Assembly: GCA_041742135.1 (NCBI GenBank)
Contig: JBGSJG010000008.1
Span: 96,518 to 160,517, forward strand
Direction: 5' to 3'
Source: Patescibacteria group bacterium
GTDB taxonomy: Bacteria > Patescibacteriota > Microgenomatia > UBA8517
Length of the DNA stretch: 64,000 nt
Shown here: positions 55,739-64,000 of the stretch, piece by piece
Layout: each line of letters starts with the position of its first letter
How positions within the stretch are numbered: the first letter of the stretch is position 1
The notes under the pieces: model-generated
What the model was told of the DNA's origin: nothing
What the model saw: only the letters and a program-made list of their open reading frames with translations
The model's database searches: none
Made by a program: the position numbers and the translations under genes

Positions 55739-56367
55739 AGTAAGTTTGGATTTTCAAACTGAATGTTGTGGCCGCTATTTTGAATTTCCTCAAACCTTGA
55801 GTGCTTTATAAGTGAATGCATTTTTTGCCCTATGGCAATAGGTGCTGTTTTATCTTTGGATCCCCAGATAATTAGCGTTGGGCATTTTATTTCTGGCAGT
55901 TGTTTTGTCATGTCGTAGTTAACAGATTTTTTGAAAACCTCGCCCAAGCCTTTTTCTATAGCTTCCTTGTACTCCATGTTTTTAGTTATCGATCTTTTCT
56001 TGGGAAAGAGTCGCTTGCCAACTTTATGTAAAACGATTTTAAGACGAATTTTTAAGGGTGGCATATACAAAAGAGGCGCGGCGACAAGAATCAGCTTTTT
56101 GACAAGCTCCGGATGATCAATGGCAACTTGTGCTGCAATTTTACCTCCAAAAGAATGGCCAACAAGCACAATGGAGTTAAGATTATTTTTCTTAATTTTT
56201 TTTGCTACCCACTGGGCATATTCTTTGATTCCCCAGTCTGAAGAAATTAGTTTTTCATTCCCAAATCCAGGAAGGTCCATTAGAAGAACGTCTCTATCAA
56301 ACTTTTGTGCAAAGCCTTGCCACGCTTCTTTTGAATGCCCCCATCCATGGAGGATTACTATTGGCAT
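55711..56367 (-). CDS. Alpha/beta-hydrolase fold protein (esterase/lipase-like)
   Basis: 218 aa. N-terminal HGWGHS oxyanion region and a nucleophile elbow VGHSFGG. Overlaps the MurF-like gene by 28 nt. Confidence 0.7.
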   Translation of the reverse strand: MPIVILHGWGHSKEAWQGFAQKFDRDVLLMDLPGFGNEKLISSDWGIKEYAQWVAKKIKKNNLNSIVLVGHSFGGKIAAQVAIDHPELVKKLILVAAPLLYMPPLKIRLKIVLHKVGKRLFPKKRSITKNMEYKEAIEKGLGEVFKKSVNYDMTKQLPEIKCPTLIIWGSKDKTAPIAIGQKMHSLIKHSRFEEIQNSGHNIQFENPNLLWGLINKFI

Positions 56368-56424
56368 GTCCTTATTTTACTACAAACAACTTGTGCCGTG
56401 AAAAGTTGGGCAGAGATTGATATA

Positions 56425-57495
56425 ATGAGTGGTACGATGAATACTCCGTCAGTTCTGCCTTTAGCTCTCGGGCTCGTAATAGTGTCGTTTTTTGTTTCCA
56501 GCTCACTGATTGTTCCTTTTATCAATTTGCTTTATAGAATTAAGCTTGTAAGAAGGAGAGAAGGTGAGTTTGGGGGGAAGACAAAATCTCTTTTTGACAA
56601 ACTTCACGACAAAAAAGCAGGAACGCCCATAGGTGGAGGAATTATCTTAATTTTTATTACCACGATATTATTTTTTGTCATCCTTCCTTTTGCCGCAAAA
56701 ATGGGACTTTTTATTCATACTTCTTTTAACCTGCGAGACGAGCTTGTGGTAATTTTTGTAACCTTTGTTTCGTTTGGGCTTTTGGGGCTACTTGATGACG
56801 TGGTCAAGATTTTTGGTAAACCGAAAGCTGGCAAAATTGGCGCAGTTTTTGGTATGACCAAGCTTCAGAAATTTGCTCTACAGTGGATTTTGGGGCTTAT
56901 CATTGGATTCCTGATTTATAATAATCTTGGAATTAGAATCCTTCATATCCCACTTTTTGAAATAGTTATTAATCTTGGTCCTCTTTATATTCCATTTGCT
57001 GCTTTTGTGATTGTGTTTTTTGCGAACGCTTTTAATCTTACTGACGGCTTGGACGGCTTGGCATCGGGACTTTTGATGATTTATCTGTTTGCCTACATAA
57101 TCATCGCAATTGAGCACTTGGACACTCCACTGTTTATGTTTATTTCAATTTGGCTTGGGTCGATTATTGCTTTTCTTTATTTCAATATTCCGCCTGCCAG
57201 AATTTTTTTGGGCGACACCGGGGCTCTAAGCTTTGGGGCAATGATCGCGGTTATTGGGCTTATGATCGGAAACGTGGCTACACTGTTTATTATCGGCGGA
57301 TTATTTGTGTTTGAAGCAGCTTCTTCTTTGATTCAGATGGCTGGCTGGAAGTATCTTAAGCGCGGCATTTTTCCTTTGGCGCCGATTCACCATGCCCTTG
57401 AAGCCATGGGTTGGGAAGAGCCAAAAATTGTAATGCGTGCTTGGCTGGCAGCTTTAATGCTGGCTGTCTTCGGCCTTTGGTTGACTACTATATGA
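56425..57495 (+). CDS. mraY: Phospho-N-acetylmuramoyl-pentapeptide transferase MraY
   Basis: Polytopic. DD motif region NAFNLTDGLDGLA and GDTGALSFGAMIAVIG. Start set at the internal Met; the ORF-track start at 56335 would overlap the convergent hydrolase gene. Confidence 0.85.
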   Translation: MSGTMNTPSVLPLALGLVIVSFFVSSSLIVPFINLLYRIKLVRRREGEFGGKTKSLFDKLHDKKAGTPIGGGIILIFITTILFFVILPFAAKMGLFIHTSFNLRDELVVIFVTFVSFGLLGLLDDVVKIFGKPKAGKIGAVFGMTKLQKFALQWILGLIIGFLIYNNLGIRILHIPLFEIVINLGPLYIPFAAFVIVFFANAFNLTDGLDGLASGLLMIYLFAYIIIAIEHLDTPLFMFISIWLGSIIAFLYFNIPPARIFLGDTGALSFGAMIAVIGLMIGNVATLFIIGGLFVFEAASSLIQMAGWKYLKRGIFPLAPIHHALEAMGWEEPKIVMRAWLAALMLAVFGLWLTTI

Positions 57496-57498
57496 AAA

Positions 57499-58614
57499 AT
57501 GGCTGCCAGACGAAAGAAAAATTTTCGATTCAAAACTCAAAACACTGGTGTCTTCGATAGACAACTATTTTGGCTTACGGTGCTTCTAACAGTTATTGGC
57601 CTTCTTGCAGTCTCTGATGCTTCGGGACCTCAAGCTATGGCAGCTTTTGGCAGCCCTTTTTATTTTGCACGGCAACAGATTATGTGGGCGGTGGTTGGTT
57701 TTGTTGGCCTTATTGTTGCTTCTCGAATTCATTATTCTTATTGGAAGAAAGTGGCTTTTATAATCGGCATATCAGCAGTTATTTTACTACTGGTAGTTCT
57801 GATCCCGGGAGTTGGCACGAAAGCTTTGGGGGCACGCAGGTGGCTTAATCTTGGGCCAATGGCGCTTCAGCCTTCAGAAGTTGCCAAGTTTGCAGTCATA
57901 GTAGTCATTGCACGTCTCTTGGACGAAAAATACCCGTTTAAATATCCAGTGGCTCTAATCGGGGGGATTAGCATGCTTGTAATGCTTCAGCCAGATTTGG
58001 GAACGACGATTGTAATTGCGGGAGCTGGCCTATTGCAACTATTTGTCGGCGGAATGCCCCTGGCTTCTTTGTTTGCTACTATTGCCTCGGGAGCAGTTGC
58101 AACTGGATTTCTAATTTTGACTTCCGAGTATCGCCGCGCGCGCCTTATGACTTTTTTGGAAAGCGGCAGTGATCCATTGGGAAACTCGTATCATATGAAG
58201 CAAATCTTGATAGCACTTGGATCGGGAGGTTTATTTGGTGTAGGTATTGGCCAATCACGCCAAAAACACCTTTTTTTGCCTGAAAGTGCAAGCGATTCGA
58301 TTTTTGCGGTTGTCGCTGAAGAAACAGGTTTTGTTGGCGCTGCTCTTCTTGTTATTCTTTTGGCTTATTTTATTATTAAAATCTTGAAAGTGGCGGTTAA
58401 TGCACCTGACAATTTTTCCAAATTACTAGCCTCGGGGATTGCCATTTGGTTATGTCTTCAGATGTTTCTTAATATCTCTTCTGTTGTTGCAGTTACACCT
58501 TTGACTGGCATTCCACTTCCATTTTTTAGTTATGGAGGCTCAAGCCTTGTGATGATTCTCTTCGGAGTGGGTATAATACTAAATATCTCCCGCTATGCCA
58601 AAGACAAAAAATAA
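57499..58614 (+). CDS. ftsW: SEDS-family cell-division peptidoglycan polymerase FtsW
   Basis: 371 aa. About 10 TM helices with C-terminal PLTGIPLPFFSYGGSSLV. Confidence 0.85.
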   Translation: MAARRKKNFRFKTQNTGVFDRQLFWLTVLLTVIGLLAVSDASGPQAMAAFGSPFYFARQQIMWAVVGFVGLIVASRIHYSYWKKVAFIIGISAVILLLVVLIPGVGTKALGARRWLNLGPMALQPSEVAKFAVIVVIARLLDEKYPFKYPVALIGGISMLVMLQPDLGTTIVIAGAGLLQLFVGGMPLASLFATIASGAVATGFLILTSEYRRARLMTFLESGSDPLGNSYHMKQILIALGSGGLFGVGIGQSRQKHLFLPESASDSIFAVVAEETGFVGAALLVILLAYFIIKILKVAVNAPDNFSKLLASGIAIWLCLQMFLNISSVVAVTPLTGIPLPFFSYGGSSLVMILFGVGIILNISRYAKDKK

Positions 58615-59704
58615 TTTAGTTTTAACCGGTGGCCACGCAGCAACAACTGCTATGGCTTTGGTCGAAGCTCTCAAAGAAAAACTGTCCAAGAACGCAACAA
58701 TATCGTGGATAGGAACAAAAAATGCTGTGGAAGGGAAAAAGGGCCTCACCTTGGAATTTAAAACTTTTCATGCTTTGGGAATTAACTGCTATGCAATTAC
58801 AACAGGAAGAGTGCAGAGGAAGTTCACAAGACATACAATCTTTTCGCTTTTAAAAATTCCTTTGGGTTTTGTCCATGCTTTGTGGCTAATATTAAAAATT
58901 CGTCCTGACGCGATTGTTTCATTTGGAGGTTTTGCTGCTTTCCCTGTTGTTGTGTGGGGCAGGCTATTGGGCGTGCCTGTGGTGATACACGAGCAGACAA
59001 CGGCAATTGGTATGGCCAATAAATATTCAGTACCATTTGCTGCTAAAGTCGCAATTTCTCGTGACGAGAGCCGCAAGTATTATCCCAAAAATAAAATAGT
59101 TCTCACAGGCAATCCTGTGCGTAAGGCCTTTTTTGAAATTCCTGCAAAAGCTAAAATGGCCGTGCCACCAACAATATATGCAACTGGAGGCTCGCGTGGG
59201 TCTCAGAATTTTAATGCAAAGCTGCTTGAAATTTTGCCAAGCGTTCTTGATGAGTTTAAAGTAATCCACCAATGTGGCGATTTTGATTATGAATTATTTA
59301 CGACCTTTAAAGATTCACTTATGGGATTCAAAAAAGATCACTATGAAGTTCATTCTACTATCGACCCACTCAAAGTCCCACAAATACTTAAAATTGCCGA
59401 CATTGTCATTGGGCGTGCAGGGGCCAATACCGTCTCTGAGGTAATCGCCGCGCGCCGGCCAGCAATTTTTATCCCCATCCCTTGGAGCCAAAATGACGAG
59501 CAGACCAAAAATGCCAAACTTATGGAGGCTGAAGGCATGGCGATTGTTCTTAATCAAAACGATATGAGCTCGGAATCATTTTTGAAAGCAATACACCAAA
59601 TTAAGGCTGATTATGGAAAGTACGCACTTCACAGCGATTCGGATTTGCGTGAACTGGATCGACAGGCCGCAGAAAAACTAGCGCTCTTGGCATTATCACT
59701 ATGA
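58595..59704 (+). CDS. murG: UDP-N-acetylglucosamine--N-acetylmuramyl-(pentapeptide) pyrophosphoryl-undecaprenol GlcNAc transferase MurG
   Basis: 369 aa. N-terminal LTGGHAATTAMAL and the GT28 C-terminal ATGGSRGSQNFN. Confidence 0.85.
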   Translation: MPKTKNNLVLTGGHAATTAMALVEALKEKLSKNATISWIGTKNAVEGKKGLTLEFKTFHALGINCYAITTGRVQRKFTRHTIFSLLKIPLGFVHALWLILKIRPDAIVSFGGFAAFPVVVWGRLLGVPVVIHEQTTAIGMANKYSVPFAAKVAISRDESRKYYPKNKIVLTGNPVRKAFFEIPAKAKMAVPPTIYATGGSRGSQNFNAKLLEILPSVLDEFKVIHQCGDFDYELFTTFKDSLMGFKKDHYEVHSTIDPLKVPQILKIADIVIGRAGANTVSEVIAARRPAIFIPIPWSQNDEQTKNAKLMEAEGMAIVLNQNDMSSESFLKAIHQIKADYGKYALHSDSDLRELDRQAAEKLALLALSL

Positions 59705-60357
59705 AAAGAAAAATTGGCGCAGCAGTTCTTGTCCTCGTAATCATAATTTTGAGTTTAGTTTTTTTGTCAAAGGCATTTACGATTAATTCGATTCAATGCA
59801 CGAGCGAAGGCTCTTGTGATGGTGAGGTTGTAGGTTTACTGGAATCTCAGAAAGGCAAAAACTATTTTGCAGCCAAAAAAAGCTTAGGCGACTCCTTGTC
59901 CTCGCACCCAAAAGTTGAAAGTTACGAGATTCATTTTGCTGTTCCTTCTACTTTAAGCCTTTCTTTAATTCAAAAAAAAGAGGCCTTTGGTTTAAAGTTT
60001 GCTCAAAATCGCTATCTTTTGTTTGACGAAGATGCAAGCCTTATTGGTGAGTCGGAAAGTACCGATCTGCCTTACGCCACAGTTTTGGGAGTTCCCCTTG
60101 ATAACGAGTTAGTTTTTGGGGTTAAATTAATGCTTGAGTTGGTTAAGTACTATGGAGCAGAAAATATGAGAGTGGACAAAAATGGCTTTTACGCGGTTTT
60201 GCCAAACCGTGGAGAAGTAACGTTTCCGCTTTCGGGAGACGTGGACGTCGTTTTGGGCTCTTTAGAGGCTGTTCTTTCACAGTTGAATCGCTCGCCGCAA
60301 AATCATACAATTACGATAGATCTACGGTATAAAAATCCAGTAGTTTATGGAATATGA
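59701..60357 (+). CDS. ftsQ: FtsQ/DivIB-like cell-division protein (short)
   Basis: 218 aa. N-terminal TM, then a POTRA-like region. In the canonical position between murG and ftsA. Confidence 0.5.
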   Translation: MKRKIGAAVLVLVIIILSLVFLSKAFTINSIQCTSEGSCDGEVVGLLESQKGKNYFAAKKSLGDSLSSHPKVESYEIHFAVPSTLSLSLIQKKEAFGLKFAQNRYLLFDEDASLIGESESTDLPYATVLGVPLDNELVFGVKLMLELVKYYGAENMRVDKNGFYAVLPNRGEVTFPLSGDVDVVLGSLEAVLSQLNRSPQNHTITIDLRYKNPVVYGI

Positions 60358-61634
60358 ATAAATCTCGGTTAATCGCAGGTGTAGATATTGGCTCTTCAAA
60401 AATAACCACGCTAATTGCTCAAGTGGTTGTGGAAGAAATTACGCAGGATACTTCTGTAAACATTATTGGTGTTTCAAATACCAACTCAAAAGGCGTTAAA
60501 AAGGGCCAGATTGTAGACATTGAGGAGGCCGTGGAGGCAATTATCGCTTCAGTCGAAGCCGCTGAGCGCATGGCGGGGTTTAACTTGGACCGAGCTTTCA
60601 TTTCTGTCGGTGGGGCACATGTCGCTTCCCAAAACTCAAAGGGTGTTGTGGCGGTGTCGAGCAGTAACGGTGAAGTTAACGATGAAGATATTGCGCGCGT
60701 TATTGATGCCGCTCGAGCTGTGAGCCATCCCGCATCTCGTGAAATTATCCATGTAATCCCCAGAGAATTTATCGTTGATGGCGAGGCGGGTGTGCGAGAC
60801 CCAGTTGGCATGAGCGGAGTCCGTCTTGAAGTGGAAACTCATATTGTTACTGCCAGCTCAGCCGCGCTTAAGAATTTAAGTAAAAGTGTAAACGAAGTGG
60901 GGATTGAAGTTGACGAAATGGTGTTCGCCGGGCTTGCGAGTAGCTACGCAACTCTAACACCAACAGAAAAAGAGCTTGGCTGCGCGTTAATTGATATTGG
61001 GGCTGGAACAACTTCTATTGCTGCATTTGTGGACGGAGCCTTGGCATATTCGGGGTCCCTCCCTGTTGGGGCCAGAAACGTAACTAACGATTTGGCCATA
61101 GGCCTTCGAGTTTCTTTGGATAACGCCGAAAAAATAAAACTAAGTTTAAATAAAAAATCCAAACTTACAGACAATCATGGAAAAGAAATTGTGGAGATTG
61201 AAGAAACAGGAAGTGAAGATCCTAAGAAAATATCAAAGCGAACTATCACGGAGGGGATAATTAAGCCTCGCTTGAATGAAATATTTTCGATGGTGAAAAG
61301 TGATTTGGATAAGGCGGGACTGATTAATAAAATCCCTTCAGGTGCGATTCTTACTGGTGGTGGGGCAATGACTTTGGGAGTCGAAGAAGCGGCAAAGCGA
61401 ATTCTATCCCTTCCTACTCGCGTGGCAATTCCGGGCGGAGTTCGAGGACTAATTGATGATATCGAGGATCCACGTTTTGCGACGGCTGTAGGACTTATTT
61501 TGTACGGCCTGTCTCAGGGTGATGTTGGTAAGAAAAAAAGCCCGATGCCGTCACTTCCAAAGAAGATGAAATTGCCCGGTGGAGGAGGAGCTCTCAACAA
61601 AATTATCGAATCAATTCGCGATCTTCTGCCTTGA
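60354..61634 (+). CDS. ftsA: Cell-division protein FtsA
   Basis: 426 aa. Actin-like ATPase, N-terminal LIAGVDIGSSKITTL and a phosphate-2 LIDIGAGTTSIA. Confidence 0.85.
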   Translation: MNKSRLIAGVDIGSSKITTLIAQVVVEEITQDTSVNIIGVSNTNSKGVKKGQIVDIEEAVEAIIASVEAAERMAGFNLDRAFISVGGAHVASQNSKGVVAVSSSNGEVNDEDIARVIDAARAVSHPASREIIHVIPREFIVDGEAGVRDPVGMSGVRLEVETHIVTASSAALKNLSKSVNEVGIEVDEMVFAGLASSYATLTPTEKELGCALIDIGAGTTSIAAFVDGALAYSGSLPVGARNVTNDLAIGLRVSLDNAEKIKLSLNKKSKLTDNHGKEIVEIEETGSEDPKKISKRTITEGIIKPRLNEIFSMVKSDLDKAGLINKIPSGAILTGGGAMTLGVEEAAKRILSLPTRVAIPGGVRGLIDDIEDPRFATAVGLILYGLSQGDVGKKKSPMPSLPKKMKLPGGGGALNKIIESIRDLLP

Positions 61635-61674
61635 CGTTTAGTATCAATCTGCTACACTGCCGTTAAGATTAACT

Positions 61675-62847
61675 ATGGCACTCGTTAAACCCGATGCTTC
61701 AAGACTTGCCAAAATTAAAGTTGTTGGAGTAGGTGGTGGAGGAGGAAATGCCGTAGGCTCCATGGTAGCTGGCAACGAAATTTCAGGTGTTGAGTTTATT
61801 GTGTTAAACACAGATGCTCAGGTGCTTCTCGCAAATGCAGCTCCGACAAAACTTCAAATTGGTGAAAAGCTCACTCGAGGTCTGGGAGTAGGTGGCAATC
61901 CTGAAGTGGGAGGCCAAGCCGCAGAAGAATCCGCAGAAAAAATTAAAGAAATATTAGTAGACTCTGATATGGTTTTTGTTACTGCTGGTATGGGTGGGGG
62001 AACAGGAACTGGAGCCTCGCCCGTTATTGCACGAATGGCCCGAGAAGCTGGGGCACTGACCGTTGCTATTGTGACAAAGCCATTTGCCTTCGAAGGGGCA
62101 CGCAGGCAACTTCTGGCAGAAGAGGGAATCGAACAACTTCGCGAAGAAGTCGACACTCTCATTGTTATTCCAAATCAGCGACTTATGGATGTCATTGACC
62201 GAAAAATGACTTTGGTTGAAGCGTTTAAGGTAGCCGATGGAGTCTTGGGCCAAGCAGTTACAGGAATTGCTGAAATTATAACCACTCCGGGATTAGTCAA
62301 CGTAGACTTTGCCGATGTTAAGACAATCATGAAAGACGCTGGCTCGGCACTTTTGGGAATTGGTCAGGGAGTTGGCGAAAATCGAGCTCAGATGGCAGCG
62401 CGTGCTGCTGTATCTTCTCCGCTTTTGGATCTTTCAATTGATGGTGCTCGTGGAGTCTTGTTTAATATTTCAGGCGGCCCAGACATGACAATGTTTGAGG
62501 TTGATGAAGCGGCTCGAATAATTTCAAGCTCCGCTGATCCCGATGCAAATATTATTTTTGGATCAGTCATCAAAGAAGATCTTGCAGATCAGGTGAAAAT
62601 TACAGTTATCGCTACAGGTTTTGATGAAACTCAGGCGAGAATAAGCAAGATGCATAAAGGTGAAGTTCTCCCGGAGCCAGCTCCTCGATTCCAAGGGGTG
62701 GTAAGCGAAAGCCCGAAAGAGGAAGACCGTTTGGCTCAAGAGCAAAAACCGCAAGAACAAGTTTATGCGGCCGCAGAAGAGGCGGAGGAAACCGATGACT
62801 CGGGAGAAGACTTCGACATCCCGGCATTTTTAAGAAAGGTACACTAA
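61675..62847 (+). CDS. ftsZ: Cell-division GTPase FtsZ
   Basis: 390 aa. Tubulin signature GGGTGTG ([14 protein letters not shown]), N-terminal [12 protein letters not shown], and an acidic C-terminal tail with DIPAFLR. Confidence 0.95.
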   Translation: MALVKPDASRLAKIKVVGVGGGGGNAVGSMVAGNEISGVEFIVLNTDAQVLLANAAPTKLQIGEKLTRGLGVGGNPEVGGQAAEESAEKIKEILVDSDMVFVTAGMGGGTGTGASPVIARMAREAGALTVAIVTKPFAFEGARRQLLAEEGIEQLREEVDTLIVIPNQRLMDVIDRKMTLVEAFKVADGVLGQAVTGIAEIITTPGLVNVDFADVKTIMKDAGSALLGIGQGVGENRAQMAARAAVSSPLLDLSIDGARGVLFNISGGPDMTMFEVDEAARIISSSADPDANIIFGSVIKEDLADQVKITVIATGFDETQARISKMHKGEVLPEPAPRFQGVVSESPKEEDRLAQEQKPQEQVYAAAEEAEETDDSGEDFDIPAFLRKVH

Positions 62848-62883
62848 AAATATTTTATTCTTTCAGTTATTACTGATACAATA

Positions 62884-63297
62884 ATGAGAGGAAAGGAATA
62901 TGAAGAGCAAATGCCGGACATTCACGATCAACGCGGAGATCTTTTTAGAGTCGAGAGTACAATTTATGCTACGACCGAAGCAAATAAAAGGCTGGCTGAC
63001 TTATATCCGCAAGTAACTCCTGAAACACCATTAGTACTTGATGCTTACGAGAGAAGGGAAATTGCTCATGTCTCAGTAGCCTTGAATGAAAGTCCTCAAC
63101 TGTTAAGACGAGTCGTAACTGATGCCCTCACTTATGCTACGAATCCTGAAGACACGGCATTTTGTCGACATGGGGCGGAGGACCACGCGGTATTTGATGA
63201 AGCCGTAGAAAGGGTCAAAGATAGTGTTGGAGACGGAACTGCCAATTTTTCAGTTCAGTCGCATAAGGTTGAAGCTAGGACAGAAATTGGCCCTTAG
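62884..63297 (+). CDS. Hypothetical protein
   Basis: 137-aa ORF downstream of ftsZ. Acidic, no recognisable motifs. Confidence 0.3.
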   Translation: MRGKEYEEQMPDIHDQRGDLFRVESTIYATTEANKRLADLYPQVTPETPLVLDAYERREIAHVSVALNESPQLLRRVVTDALTYATNPEDTAFCRHGAEDHAVFDEAVERVKDSVGDGTANFSVQSHKVEARTEIGP

Positions 63298-63408
63298 TCC
63301 ATCGAAGTACAAAGAGTTGTAATAGAATCAGAGGCTAAAAATCGCTCAGCTTTTATACCTCGGGCATCTAGCCTTGGTGAAGCTGTAGCTAAAGAATCGG
63401 ATATAAAG

Positions 63409-63921
63409 ATGAAGGCAAGGCGACTCCGTGCTTTGGCTGAAGATGAAGGTGTAGCGCAAGCAATGCTGACCGCAACTTATTCGGGATTAAGTATTGACGA
63501 AACCTTTGACATATTTGCTGAACCGAACTTCCAGCGCAAGATGAAAGAGGCTAGAGTTCGTATCCCAACGCGCAATCGACAAGGAGATGCTTCAGTATTA
63601 AAGAATTTGCGCGATTCTTTGGTGGTTGTTACGTCTGCAGGCGTGTTTCCGAAATACAGCCTAGAAGCGTTTTCGAATGGGCTATCAACACTAGAGCAAG
63701 GTAGGTATATTACTCCTGAAGAGGCTAGGACTCTCTTTGTTCCAGATCGCGTAGATAAGATCGCCAGAGGACGAGCAGTTTTTTCTGGGCTAAGTGAGGC
63801 GGCGCAAAGAGGAATTGGGCCTAAATTACATTCCGTGGCACGCGTAAATTATTTGTCTGAAAGAAGTAATATTATTACGACAAATTTAGTTACAGGTTAT
63901 TTGTTAGTTGAACCAAATTAG
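63409..63921 (+). CDS. Hypothetical protein
   Basis: 170-aa ORF with no recognisable motifs. Confidence 0.3.
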   Translation: MKARRLRALAEDEGVAQAMLTATYSGLSIDETFDIFAEPNFQRKMKEARVRIPTRNRQGDASVLKNLRDSLVVVTSAGVFPKYSLEAFSNGLSTLEQGRYITPEEARTLFVPDRVDKIARGRAVFSGLSEAAQRGIGPKLHSVARVNYLSERSNIITTNLVTGYLLVEPN

Positions 63922-64000
63922 TTTTCTTTTTCATTAATAACTGGATTAGTGTAGAATAGCCTCATGGGTTCTAAGATAAAACCATATTTTGATCCAGTAG

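Noticed and set aside
1-64000. Searched for CRISPR arrays, tRNA/rRNA genes, transposases, integrases, toxin-antitoxin or restriction-modification genes
   Set aside because: I found no short regularly spaced repeats, no cloverleaf-like or rRNA-like stretches in the few intergenic gaps, and no ORF with DDE/tyrosine-recombinase/HTH-toxin motifs. The numerous methyltransferases all have small-molecule, sugar or rRNA MT signatures, not DNA MTase motifs such as DPPY/PCQ.

Overview
This is an AT-rich (about 40% GC by eye, not computed), densely packed bacterial window with many 4-nt ATGA start/stop overlaps. Its character resembles a small-genome, possibly CPR/Patescibacteria-like organism; that attribution is inferred from RecO length, the MurC-MurB fusion, the absence of murD, and heavy use of GT-C enzymes. 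Positions 1 to about 44,600 form one large cell-surface glycan biosynthesis island. It contains a priming polyprenyl-phosphate sugar phosphotransferase, a mannose-1-phosphate guanylyltransferase, at least eight GT4/GT2 glycosyltransferases, about seven GT-C-type integral-membrane glycosyltransferases, and two three-component polyprenol-phosphate-sugar modules. One module is Arn-like, with a DegT aminotransferase, a GT2, an EamA/ArnE-like protein and a GT-C. The other is built from a GT2, a DUF2304-like protein, an FAD oxidoreductase and a GT-C. The island also carries five SAM methyltransferases, a hexapeptide acetyltransferase, a polysaccharide pyruvyl transferase, a Wzm/Wzt ABC exporter, and a Wzy/WaaL-like polymerase or ligase. 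Inside the island sits a roughly 4.2-kb cassette (18,113-22,267), bracketed by a duplicated 5' end of a GT32 glycosyltransferase gene; the second copy is a 23-codon remnant. The cassette carries the pyruvyl transferase and a divergently transcribed pair of paralogous, unusually long QueC-like PP-loop/zinc-motif enzymes, which I regard as the most novel element. recO and glyQS separate the island from a division/cell-wall (dcw) cluster (44,984-62,847) in the order mraZ-rsmH-ftsL-ftsI-murA-murC::murB-murE-ddl, then a minus-strand island with a MurF-like ligase and an alpha/beta hydrolase, then mraY-ftsW-murG-ftsQ-ftsA-ftsZ. Unusual points in this cluster are a MurC-MurB fusion ORF, murA inside the cluster with a leaderless-looking extended -10 promoter, no murD between mraY and ftsW, a membrane-anchored N-terminally remodelled MurF-like ligase on the opposite strand, and a triple 10-bp-phased TGGTK direct repeat (candidate MraZ operator) upstream of mraZ. 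I saw no rRNA, tRNA, CRISPR array, transposase or integrase.
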